Source of the DNA: Octopus sinensis
Lineage: Eukaryota
DNA length: 64,000 nt
Direction: 5' to 3'
NCBI RefSeq assembly: GCF_006345805.1
Contig: NC_043005.1
Coordinates: forward strand, 1,674,001-1,738,000
Part shown: positions 52,299-64,000 of the stretch, one piece after another
How positions within the stretch are numbered: position 1 is the stretch's first letter
Layout: the number at the start of each line of letters is the position of its first letter
Program-made: the position numbers and the translations under genes
The notes under the pieces: generated by a model
What the model was told of the DNA's origin: nothing
What the model saw: only the letters and a program-made list of their open reading frames with translations
Database searches by the model: none

Positions 52299-52419
52299 CT
52301 TGCCCAGACCAGTGATGTGTTGGTGGAGAATTACTTGCCTGGGAAACTAACTGAAATGGGTCTTGGTTATTCAGAAATGGCTAAGATTGCCCCACACCTG
52401 ATATATTGTTCCATTACAG
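52299..52419 (+). CDS. SUGCT: SUGCT exon 6 ([40 protein letters not shown])
   Basis: ttttccaccag acceptor, CAG|GTAAGC donor, 121 bp. Confidence 0.96.
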
Positions 52420-53083
52420 GTAAGCTTTCTTAATGACCTCCCCCATATCATCTTTTAATTTTAAATATTTCAGTAGATAACCTTTCCTGTATATTCTGTT
52501 CGGTAGTTACAGGTGAGCTTTCTTGTTGACCAAATTTAATCTTGTATCTTCAGATATTATTAGGAAGATTATCAGTTTCTATGTGTTTACAGATGTAGTT
52601 CTGACTGACCAAATATCTTGTTGGCTCTTTCATAAGTCCCACTCATTTGGTCAACTGTTTCTTAATAGCAAAACTCTTTTGAGGACCAGTTGTGGTCTCA
52701 GTTGATCAGACCAACAACCAAACAATACATCAACACTTCTGTTACCCTAATTCAGCTTCATTTTTAAAATAATGAAGACTTTAATAAAATAACTTTGTCA
52801 TCATTAAAAGAATCTATACAGATATCCTTATCATCACGCCACAGCTCCTTTCGTCCTCACTGCCCATATAAAACTCCTCTGTCTACCTCAGGGCACCATA
52901 CTGCTCACTTTGAGAAGCACCATTTTTGGGCATTGATTCATTAGAGATAAGTTTTCTGACTGATCCAACATAGTCTCAGGTATTCAGACCTGGCTAAGAG
53001 TGTCCTCTCTCCATCTTGGTCTGCTATAACTTTAAGTATGGGTTCTTTGTAAACTGACGTTGCTATGGTACACACACACACAC

Positions 53084-53168
<85 letters not shown>

Positions 53169-53180
53169 TTTATATATACA

Positions 53181-54460
53181 TTAGGTCATCAAGTAGGAAA
53201 TTTGTAGTAAGGTCCATGGTAAACTTTGACAGCTGCTCATTTTGCACCATTATTATATTTCGAGAATCTTTATTTTTTGCTAGAAAGCTGACACATCTAT
53301 TTCTTTATTCTAACTCCATTTGCACTTTATGAAGTATTTATAAATCGTTTTTTGCTATTTTTGTTTAGAGATGGATAAGTCAGAAATTTGTACAGTTTTG
53401 AAATATGAGTTCTTTCTTGGAAATACAGCATCACAAACAGCTCTGAATATTAATGGAGTATTTCGTTCTAATGTTATTACACAGCAGACAGTATCAAATT
53501 GGTTTGCAAAATTTCATTCTGGTAACTTTGACCACACAAATGAGCAACGCGGTTGACCAAAAACAAAGGTGGATAATGACGAACTGAAAGCCACCGTTGA
53601 GTCAGATCCATCTCAAAGTGTCCGTGAATTATCGTTGTTGTTTAGTGTTAGTAAGCAAACAATATTGACTCACCTAATTCAAATTAGTAAAGTGAAAAAT
53701 TTAGATAAGTGGGTTCCACATGAACCCAATGAAAATCAAAAACAGCAACGTTTGGAAGCCTGCATTGTGCTACTTTCTCGTCACAAAAATGAATCATTTT
53801 TTAATCGAATTGTAACATGTGATGAGAAATGGATCCAATACAACAACCGTAAACGTCCAGCAGAATGGTTGGACAAAGACAAGCCACCAAAACACAGTCC
53901 AAAAGGTAAAATTCATCAAAAGAAGTTGATGGTGTGTGTTTGGTGGTCCGGCACAGGTGTGATCCATTATGATTTCATTAAATCTGGCTCATCAATCACG
54001 GCTGAGGTATACTGCAGCCAACTGGACCAAATGATGCAGAAACTTACAAAAAAAAGCAACTCAGATTAGTCAACAGATCCACTCCTTTTTATTGCAAGAC
54101 AATGCCAGACGACACATCGCAAAAATGACATTGGTGAAACTACAGGAGTTGGAGTTGCCAGTTCTCCATCATCCACCATACTCACCTGATCTTTCCCCCA
54201 CTGACTACCACTTCTTCCAAAATTTGGATAACTTTTTGATAGGAAAAAAAGTCCGATGATGCTGTAAAACAGTCCTTCCAAGATTTTATTGACTCTAGAT
54301 TGCCAGGCTTTTACAGTTCCAGGCTGGACAAGCTACCACTGAAATGGCAAAAGTATATTGACAATATGGATGTATATTTAGATGAATAAAACTATTCTTT
54401 ATATCTATAAAACATTAGCAGACTTGTTTCTTTTCTACAAATTTCATACTTGATGACCTA

Positions 54461-54461
<1 letters not shown>
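53181..54461 (+). mobile_element. mariner transposon (cecropia/mellifera-like), full length, disrupted transposase from 53371
   Basis: TIRs ttaggtcatcaagta(g/t)gaaatttgtag; WVPHEP, IVTCDEKWIQY, LQDNARRH and YSPDLSPTDYHFF; in-frame stop at 53554 and a frameshift near 54050. Confidence 0.95.
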
Positions 54462-54517
<56 letters not shown>

Positions 54518-54634
54518 GATGAGAGAATAGAGAGGTAATTAATAAATTATTGTTTATTAATTAAAATATTGATAAACATCCTTTACAGCTGTTTCAATTC
54601 AGACCCTCAGAAAATTAATCAATTAAATCAAAAA

Positions 54635-55229
54635 TTATTTGAAAGAGATTCAACTTTCAAATAATTTTAAATTTAATTAATTAATTTTAAAATTAATTTT
54701 AAAATTATTTGAAATAGATTACATTTTCAAATAATTTTTAATTTAATTAATTAATTTTAAAATTAATTTTGAACATTATTTGAAAGAGATTACACTTTCA
54801 AATAATTTTTAATTTAATTAATTAATTTTAAAATTAATTAAAAAAATTATTTGAAAGAGATTCAACTTTGAAATAATTTTCAATTTTATTAATTAATTTT
54901 AAAATTAATTAAAAAGAAATATTTGAAAGAGATTCAACTTTGAAATAATTTTCAATTTTATTAATTAATTTTAAAATTAATTAAAAAATCATTTGAAAGA
55001 CATTCAACTTTGAAATAATTTTTAGTTTAATTAATTAATTTTAAAATTAATTTTAAAAAATTATTTGAAAGACATTCAACTTTCAAATAATTTTTAATTT
55101 AATTAATTAATTTTAAAATTAATTAAAAAAATATTTTGAAAGAGATTCAACTTTGAAATAATTTTAAATTTAATTAATTAATTTTAAAATTAATTAAAAA
55201 AATATTTTGAAAGAGATTCTACTTTCAAA
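54635..55229. repeat. AT-rich minisatellite, ~8.5 x ~71 bp, each unit internally palindromic
   Basis: ttatttgaaa-gagattcaac-tttcaaataa followed by an AT-only dyad, repeated every 70-73 bp. Confidence 0.93.
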
Positions 55230-55785
55230 GGACAGCAGCAGCATAATGGGGCGAGAGGATGGGGCTGAGGGGAAAGCCACACTGCTGCTAAAATCTGTGA
55301 CATACACACAAGCATTCTCACACAGATACACAGATACACAGATACACACATGTACGCATGCATACACACACACTCATACACACAGACACACACAAACAAG
55401 GACACAAATGCATAAGGATACACATCTTAGAATAACAGATTGGAATAAGTGGAGCAAGAACACTTGTAAAAATAAAAAGTGTCACTGAAGAGGTCACAGA
55501 TGTGTGGCGAAAGATTTTCGGACAATGGACATGAGTTAAAATAATAAAATAAGAACAGTAATAAACGAGTGAAGAAAAAATATATAAAAAGAAATGACCA
55601 TCTCGAAATACAAGAAAACCTGTTTCAACACAGGATTTCACATCAGGAATCTTGCAAGAGACAAATTGATGATGATGATGATGATTGATATACACATATA
55701 TATATACACATATATACACATATATATACACATATATATACACATATATACACATATATATATATACATACATAAATATATATAT

Positions 55786-55884
<99 letters not shown>

Positions 55885-56077
55885 GTATATAGGCCTGTCT
55901 CTCTGCTTTGTCATTGGGTTATCTATCCACCTGTATATCTGCCAATTTATCTGTCCATCTGTTTAGTAGCCAATGGCCAGTTACTGACCATTCACCTGAT
56001 ATGACATCAACCAGTCACTTATATCTCTTGCTGGAGACTTGCTTTCTGTTATTATCGTTCAGTTTCTCTCTCTTCAG

Positions 56078-56169
56078 GTTATGGCCAGTCCGGTCCATAT
56101 GCCAAGAGACCAGGTTATGATATTATCGTGGCTGGAATTGGTGGTTTAATAAATGCCACAGGACCAAAG
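56078..56169 (+). CDS. SUGCT: SUGCT exon 7 (GYGQSGPYAKRPGYDIIVAGIGGLINATGPK)
   Basis: ctctctcttcag acceptor, AAG|GTGAGA donor, 92 bp. Confidence 0.95.
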
Positions 56170-59039
56170 GTGAGATAAGATCTTTTTATAATCCTTCATG
56201 CTAGAATTAATGTTTCATTAACCCTGAATTCATTTCCCCCAGGGACTTCCAGGGGCTCATCTACAGAGCTGAAAGGACACTGTTCTTTTATATCTCTGAC
56301 GAATCCATGGCAGTAACATCAACAACAAGGAGAATTCTTCCTAATTTTGGCACAAAGCCAAGCATTTTGAGGGGGTGGTCCAAATCAATTACATTAACCC
56401 CAGTATTTGACTAGTACTGAAAGGTAAAGTTGACTTCAGCAGTATTTGAACTCCTCTGCCAGCTTCTTTCCTTGATGATAAGGATTGCTTATAATAAACT
56501 CCATCTCACAAAAACAAAGGCATTTATAATACTAAACTTAAAACTCTGTTTGTTTGTGAGTTCTGAAGACAGAAGATTGTTGTAATGTATTGCCTTGAAG
56601 ATGAGGCCCTTAGCCTGGAATCAGCTTTTGGGGACTGCAAATCTTGAAACAATGGATTTATTGCTTTGTACAGCAAAGAAGTTTTTTTTGTCATTTATGA
56701 AATGGAGAAAATTCTAAATGGTGTCAACACACACATGCACACACACACACACACAAAAATTTTTGTTGCTTTTCCAAAAACTTTCATTAAGACAGAAAAG
56801 TAATTTTCTGTCATTCATGAAATAGATTCATACATGAATGACCTCAACAGATACACACACACACACACACACACACACTTGATATATGTATGTACCTCTC
56901 TTTCACTCTTTTTTTCTCTCTCTGTGCACCTTTGTATCTTCTCCCTCCACCTCTCTGCTTGACAACTGGTTTTGGCCTGTTTGGTAAAAGAGACCAAAAG
57001 AATAAGTACGAGGCTTCGACAAAGCACTGTGATGCCCCAGCATGGCCACAGCCCTATGACTGAAACAAGTAAAAGAATGAAAGAATGCAGAGATAGAGAG
57101 AGAGAGAGAGGAGAGGAATGAAGTATTTTTGTTAGTGTTTCTCAAGACTTTCAAATGAAAATCCTTTCCTGTTTCTGTTTTGCAATCCTCCATTTTGTCT
57201 TTTTTTCCTCCTAAATAAGAATCGATGGCTGCTCTTTCTTCCGTTTGCTGACTCCTGATGATGGCAAAAATATTTACTTTGTCAAAGGCAGCTGTTTTCT
57301 CAGTCAACACTTTGAAAGCACTTTGCCAAACACACTGTTTGAATCAAGGGAAAAAAAAGGGCTCTGTGTATTGTTGTTGTTGTTGCATGTTGGTTGTCCA
57401 GCAAAACATGAGATCAATGAGTGACCGAGAAGAGACTTTCGTTTGTGACATTGGGTCCCCTATAACAATTTCCTGCCAGGAACTCTTCTGCTCCGCTTCT
57501 GCAGCTATTAATGTGTATTCAGAGAGTCTCTTCCAAGTTTTACTCCCTCATTTCAACCAAGACAACCCCAGAAGCAATACAAAAGGCTGTTATTTGGCAG
57601 AAAACTAATTATGTCCTGTTAATTGCCCTGTTAATTGTCTGATGTCCCCTCTGTTCATATTTGCTGTTCTTCAGTCAATGACAGCCATACTTTATTTACA
57701 ACAACAGGATTAGGCCCAGGGTAGATTAATAATGGAGGATAAAGGATAACTCCTGGGTCACATTTGTGTTCTACCCAAGGATATTTCAGTCAGTGAGGGA
57801 GCCCTCTCTATGGTAAGTTGATTTGCTAGAAATATCAGCCAAATTCCCTCAAATATACTCTATTGTCTTAACAAAATGTTGAGATGTTTATAGTTGTGAC
57901 ACCTTTCATTACAAATCTATACAATTAAGGTGGAAATGGGATAAACATCAAGTACCTTAAGGTGAGTCTTTCTGCTCTACTTGACTTGCTAAGAATAGCA
58001 ACTAAATCTCTTTCAAATTACACCCTACTATCTTAAAAATTGAAGGACGCATTTGATAATGATGTAGTTTTAGAAATATCAAGCCTCAAAGATGGAGGAT
58101 CATGATGAAAGTGTCTTTGATCATAGGCCTGCTGGATTAGGTTGACCTGGGGCTAAAAAACAACAATTCAAAAGCAGAAGTGATGTGGATCATCCTGAAT
58201 GCAGCAGTGAGGTGTCCCATCCATGACCATCCTGCCTGTTTTAAAGAATCACTTTATCCAACAGATGGTGTGGTGCAATCTGAAAGAAATTTGGCTGCTG
58301 TTCCTAGCAGGTCAAACAACCAACCACAGAGACACAATTCTTTGTGATGCGAAATTGTTGCAACTGGAATTGACAATTTATGGCTTCATTTAGCCACTGC
58401 CTCTCCTCTCATGCCAGTCACCACTTTTTGGCTTTAATGGAACCATCTTTTGTCTTCGAAGATAGATTCCACACCTCATTAATAACCATTATCTTCTACT
58501 TGTTTCAGTTAGAGTGTGTCCATGCTGGGGCAACCCCTTGAGGAATTTTATAGTTGAATGAATCAACCGAGTACCTTTTTTTGTTTTTAAGTCTGGTGCC
58601 TGTTATATCAGTCTCTTTCGCCAAACCGCTAAGTAAACACTTCAACACTGGTTGTTAAGTGGTGGTGGTGGGAGATAAACACACAAACACACACACACAT
58701 CACACACACACATATGTATATATATATATATACATACACACATACATACATACATACATACATACATACATACATACATACATACATACATACATACAAG
58801 ACAGGCTTCTTTCAGTTTCCATCTTTGAAATCCACTCACAAGGCTTTGGTCAGCCTGAGGTTATAGCAGAAGACACTTGCACACTTGCCCAAGTTACTAC
58901 ACAGTGGGACTGAACCCAGAACCATGTGGTTGGGAAGCAAACTTCTTACCCTCAACCACCCTTGCACCTCTTGGCATTAATAAATGAATTTGTAAATAAA
59001 TAAATCAACCTTAAAAATATTTTTGTCTTTCTAATAAAG

Positions 59040-59183
59040 GATGGAGAACCATGTAAAGTTGGTGTGGCCATGACAGATTTAGCAACTGGACTCTATGCGC
59101 ATGGTGCCATTTTAGCTGCTCTTCTCACTCGACAGAAAACAGGAAAAGGACAATTTATTGATTGTAACTTACTCTCCACCCAG
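59040..59183 (+). CDS. SUGCT: SUGCT exon 8 ([48 protein letters not shown])
   Basis: tttctaataaag acceptor, CAG|GTAACA donor, 144 bp. Contains the GVAMTD motif, whose Asp aligns with the family III catalytic aspartate. Confidence 0.96.
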
Positions 59184-60689
59184 GTAACAACATTTCCTTG
59201 ACTTTTTCTTCCTTCCTTCCTCTTTCTTTTGCTCTCTCTCTCTCTCTCTCTCTTTGTTGTGCTGCGTCAGGTGTATTGTGAAGACTTGATCTTTGTGTGA
59301 CAGACTTTGTTGATGTGGAAATGTGGGACTGTTGTGCCGAGTGTAAAACATCAAGCATGTGTGAGTGGGTGTGGGGCAGTATGCCATACCAGTTATTGAG
59401 GGATAAGTACAGTATTATGCTCAGAGTAATTGGTGTTGGTGGTGTTGCAGTTGCCTGGCAATATTTTTACAAGTTGGAATTTGGTAGGCTGCATAATGGA
59501 ATCTTTCACTCTCTCTCTCTCTCTCTCTCTCTCCCCATGTATGTCTGTCACCATCATAATTTTAATGTCAGTTTTCCCTGCCGGCAGGGATGGGACAGTT
59601 CTGCAGATTTCTGTAAGTTAGAGTACCACATCTTTTTCCAATGTTTCATTTTTGGAATGGTTTCTACATCTTGAAGCCCTTCATTAACCCTTAACATGGG
59701 ATAATGTATGCTTTCTACAGCACTAGCACTATTGGGGTTGTCTTAACACCAGAAAAGTGAAAGAGAGTCCTGAATAATGGAAGAAACAAATGTAAGATGA
59801 GAGGTCGAAGTTAAAGAGAGACCTCAGAGTTTTACATCGTCTTTGTTTGAAAAACTGGCTGTAATTGGAGGAACTCAAGACGACAGGAGGTTCATACAGA
59901 GAGAAACAGTGTGAAAGAGGTAGAAGGGAAGAGAAAGTTGAGAGTGAGGAGTGAAGGGAAGGAAAAAGAGGAGAGCTGAAGGACGAGAAAGGATTTATAA
60001 AACTAAGAGGAGGAGGTGTAAGAGTAGAAGGATAAATGTTCGTTTAGATCTGTTGGTGCCAAATTTGAATATGAAATGTTCTCCCCCTCCATTCCATTTA
60101 GAATGTAGATCCCTGGTGTGTAGCAATGCCACACACTGATGAGGGATGGAATGGCCTGAAGTGTTGAAGTGTCTGGGGAAAAGTTGACCTGGCATATGTA
60201 GTAATATGCTTTAAATCATCATCATCATCATTGTTTAACATCTGCTTTCCATGCTAGCATGGGTTGGACGGTTTGACTGAGGACTGGTGACCCAGGAAGC
60301 TGCACCAGGTTCAATCTGATCTGGCAAGGTTTCTACAGCTGGATGCCCTTCCTAATGCCAACCACTCCGAGAGTGTAGTGAGTGCTTTTATGTGCCACCG
60401 GCAGTCGGTTCTGGCAACGACCATGCTCAAAAGGTGTTTTTTATGTGCTACCTGCATGTGTGCCAGTCTGGCGGCACTGGCAATGACCACGCTCAAATGT
60501 TGCTTTTCATGTGCCACCAGCATATGTGCCAATAAGGTGACACTGGCAACGATCATGCTCGAATGGTGCTGTTCATGCATCACTAGCACGGGAGCCAATC
60601 CGTGGGCCTGGCAATGATCATGCTCAAATGGTGTTCTTTACATGCCACCAGCACGGGAGCCAATCCTTGACCCTGTCAATGATCATGCT

Positions 60690-61320
60690 TGTATGTGCTT
60701 TTTTCTCCAATATAAACCGTGTGGCAAAGTTTACAAATGATGAGATTGAACGGTGGGCATTGGAAGCTCTGAGTGATGTTGTGTTGTTGTGTCTTAGGCC
60801 CAGTGATGGTTTTAGGATTGTTTATGGAGGGGCAGGTGTTGCATCATTGGCAAAGGCATTCAAAAGCGGCTTGTTGTGTGGAGCTGGATGCTGTGGAGCT
60901 TCTTCCGAGGAGACCTCTGAGGTTCTTACCTTTTTTCAAGGTGAGGAGGGGTGATTTGAGAAAGACTGGAGTGGTTGTTGTGTTAGGAAGCAGAGTTTGT
61001 TTTTCAATGGAAGGTGAGAGAGAAGGGAACACAATCCATAAGCGTGCGTAAAGAAAGTAGGAGAGCAGTGGCACGGCTGATAGTTGGGGCCTGGTGGAGT
61101 GCAGGTTCCACAAGTGAGCAAGGGTCCACTCAATTCAGAAAGAATTATTGCATTTTCTCACTTTGGGATTCAAAATCTGAATCAATGTTGAAGAGTTGAT
61201 AAAGGTGAAGGAATTGAGAAAATGGTTTGACAGATTTAGTGTGTTTGGGGTGAGAAGAAAAGGGGCAGAGGGAAGAATGGGAGTTTGTTGGTTTGTGTCG
61301 AGATGATACATAGGTATTTC
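60690..61320 (-). mobile_element. Penelope-like element fragment (RT C-terminus to start of GIY-YIG)
   Basis: Minus strand reads KNLRGLL...CNTCPSINN...ITQSFQC...LIICKLCHTVYIGE. Confidence 0.72.
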
Positions 61321-61949
61321 CATCTGTTGTGTGTGTGTGTGGTGTGTGTGTGTGTGTATTATTTAAAACAGTTTGATTCGGCCCTATGCAGCTTAAGTTT
61401 TGCAGGATTCTAAACAGAAACTCTAAGTTGCATGGGACCCCAAGTCAAACGGTTTTAAATAATATATTCAACTCCTGTTAAATGATGTGTTCAGTGTCTT
61501 TTCCTTTCGTTTGTTGATTCGCCTGCACACACACACACGTGCGCATGTGCATGCACACATGGATATGCATGTCCACCGCATTCTCTTCTCTTGCATATTG
61601 TGGCCGATTCCTTTTATGCCTGGTTTTTCTCTTGGCTCATTTCTCGCCTCAACTCCATTCCAGTGAATAACATTCTGCCTCCAGTCAAGCATGCTTTCTT
61701 CATTTCTTTCTTCACTTCATGCTTTCTTGTTATTTAAGGCTTAAGGCTTTGTTACCCTGCAGTATTACATTCCATACACAAGTGTCACACAAAGAATCCC
61801 TTTGTTGTTGGTAGAAGTACTAGTTCCCTCAACCCTTTCTCCCTTGTTCTTATCTGGCTGCTATGTTTTCAGAACACCCATCTCCACTGCTAATTATGTA
61901 ACCAAGGCAACCGTCTCTTTCTTCTAATTATGTAACCAAGACAACAAAA

Positions 61950-63310
61950 GCTGCCAACTACTTCTAAGAGTCTTCTTGAGTATTCAAAGGGATTCATTTC
62001 TTTAATGACTTTATTACTTTATTACTTCTGTGTCTCGACTCGACTACTTCTCTATATTTTCTACACTGTGTATATGAGACTCTTCTATTTGGCTAATCAT
62101 GAAATTCTTCTCGTCTGTCAATCTTATTTCTGATCCTGCTGCATGCCTTTTACACCCTTAATGTTGACAGTAGAGACATCATGTAACAATTCTGATTTGC
62201 TCCTTTTCTACATATCAAGCAAGGCCACTTCCTAGAAGGCAGGAAGGTCCTGTCTTGTTTTCTGCTAAAACTTTTGTCTTTTTGATTCTAAGCCTTGTTT
62301 TCATTTTTGAAATTTCTTTGCTTCTTCAACAAATTCAGCTGAGAACTTGGTCACTGACATACAGAAGTTCCTATGGAGAGCCAATCTTAAATTCTTTGTT
62401 ATGACCTGAAGGACTACAATAAACAGGAAGGACCTAAGTACCAAGTCCTAATAGACATCTACCTGAATACTAAATTGTTTGTTGAACTCCTTGTTAAGCC
62501 TGTGATGTGTGAGGATTAGCATGTTCCCTCTGCGTATCATAAAATGTGACTAAAAGAGGGTGTTGGATTTGTACTCCAACCTTGTAAAGCCCTCACCTGC
62601 AATGGCTGTCCAAAACAGACCCCCATGAGTTGGAGGGTTGTGGCCTGAATAGTACAAAGGTGTCATCTATCAAGAGTAGGAAATCACCAACGAATGGTGG
62701 ATCCAGTATCATTCTGTTACAGTGCATGCCTTCATACTACCACTTCTTGCTGAATCTCACCTGTCTGTGGTTTGTGTACTGCTTGCAAACCACTCATCTG
62801 CTTTTAGTTGTCTTAGCAACCACCAGATTACAGAGCATGGTACCTTGTCAAAGGCCCTCCTCAGATCATCAAATGCTAACTGTAATGGCTCACTCTTTGA
62901 TTATAACTTCTGTAATTTCTTTCCTAGCAAGAGATGTCTGTGGTATCATCAGGGTACAAGCCTGAACTGTGTGTCAACTCAACTAATCTCCTTATTAATT
63001 TGTTCTGCTGTAACTAATTCTGTTCCTTCCCAAATTTGGTCCATCACTTTGATGCCACTGTAGTTGCTTCTTTCTAGAACATCTCCTTTGTCCTCGTAGC
63101 AGTAAAACTCATTGGAGATGATCTCTTCTTGTACTACCTCATTGACTTTGCTATCAAAACTACCACTACTACACTATTCAAATTCTGCTCACTTTTTACT
63201 GTGTCTGCCTCCAGGTGGCCTCACTGGTCAATCTTGCTTCCAACTATCTGAATGCTGGCTTAGACGCCACCCGACATGGGACAGCACATCAGAGTATTGT
63301 ACCTTACCAA
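61950..63310 (-). mobile_element. RTE LINE reverse-transcriptase fragment, decayed
   Basis: DKGDVLERSNYSGIKVMDQ; QVITKEFKIGSP*ELLY. Confidence 0.7.
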
Positions 63311-63419
63311 GTAAGTAAACTTCTCCAAAATTGTCTAAATGTACATAACGAGGGTTTGTGTGCAAAAAACAATTAACTAAAATAGATAATCATTTATGTT
63401 TGTAATATTTTGTGCTACA

Positions 63420-63640
63420 TAAGGCAGTGAGCTGACAGAATCATCAGCCCACTGGTGGGGTGGGGGCAATGTTTTGTGGCGTTTGTCTGTCTTTATGCTC
63501 TGAGTTCAAATTTGACTACGGTTGACTTTCATCCTTTCAGGGTCGATAAAATAAGTACCAGTTGAACACTGGGGGTCAATGTCATTGACTTACCCACTGC
63601 CCCAAAATTTCTGGCCTTGTGCTAAAAATTTGAAACCAAA
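63420..63640 (+). mobile_element. tRNA-derived SINE, family B (aagtaccagttgaacactgggg...aaatttgaaacc); other copies ~9095-9270(-), 14295-14490(-), 43640-43850, 44070-44272, 46295-46490
   Basis: taaggcagtgagctgacagaatc head, gagttcaaat B-box-like segment, shared body. Confidence 0.8.
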
Positions 63641-64000
63641 ATCATGGGTTGCATGAAATTGTAGGCAAGGCCTGAATCTTTATTCATCAAGAAGTATGAA
63701 TTACATATTTGCCCGTAGGTCTCCACATTCGTGTGTGTTCCCCACTATGGACACACACACACACACAAATACATGTGCACATGCATTTATGTTCAGTGTT
63801 TTTTTTATATCTAGTTTTTTCATGCTGGCATGGGTTGGACAGGTCTGCTACACAACACATCTTTGTCGCCACCCCCCTTTCATCCTTTCTTTTTAGAGGA
63901 CACAATTGTTTGACGATGAGTATTGGTTGATCAACCAAATCAATTTCTCTTTCAATTAATACGCACTGTGGCTGAGTGCTCCACAGACACGTGTGCCTTT

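Larger units (their letters stand above)
13392..59183 (+). other. SUGCT: SUGCT-like gene (succinyl-CoA:glutarate CoA-transferase, CoA-transferase family III), partial: exons 1-8, continues beyond window
   Basis: Spliced translation [240 protein letters not shown]. All intron phases are compatible. Family III motifs present: LxGxRIIDLTR, [21 protein letters not shown], GYGQxGP, GVAMTD. Confidence 0.93.

Noticed and set aside
59184-64000. Next SUGCT exon (expected ...ANYL...WGTAH...VPYQ)
   Set aside because: Not found in any + frame; it presumably lies beyond the window.

Overview
Eukaryotic (metazoan) genomic DNA, AT-rich and dense in microsatellites. The SINE, RTE and Penelope repertoire points to an octopod cephalopod (Octopus sp.); this is an inference. 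The one host gene is a + strand SUGCT orthologue (mitochondrial succinyl-CoA:glutarate CoA-transferase, family III CaiB/BaiF). Eight coding exons splice in frame: 13392-13473, 40442-40511, 44317-44390, 46531-46616, 49250-49300, 52299-52419, 56078-56169 and 59040-59183. Intron 1 is about 27 kb, intron 2 is GC-AG, and the gene continues past the right edge. The rest is mostly mobile DNA: four mariner copies with TIRs, a pogo-like DDE_1/PHD element with an apparent intron, a Chapaev3-like remnant, a non-autonomous Helitron with two 5' ends, HERO-type RLE retrotransposon fragments, RTE and CR1 fragments, Penelope-like (GIY-YIG) fragments and many SINEs. The most interesting observations are: (i) a ~500 bp palindromic element whose arms each join a tRNA-like Pol III head to a Penelope-type minimal hammerhead ribozyme tail; (ii) a near full-length CR1/L2-group LINE whose ORF1 combines a Myb/SANT-like domain with two CCCH zinc fingers, flanked by an unusually long apparent target-site duplication; (iii) recurring near-perfect fold-back structures, mostly tails-out and mostly at (TA)n tracts. 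Most short ORFs in the track are microsatellite or antisense artefacts. No prokaryotic features such as CRISPR arrays or operons are present.
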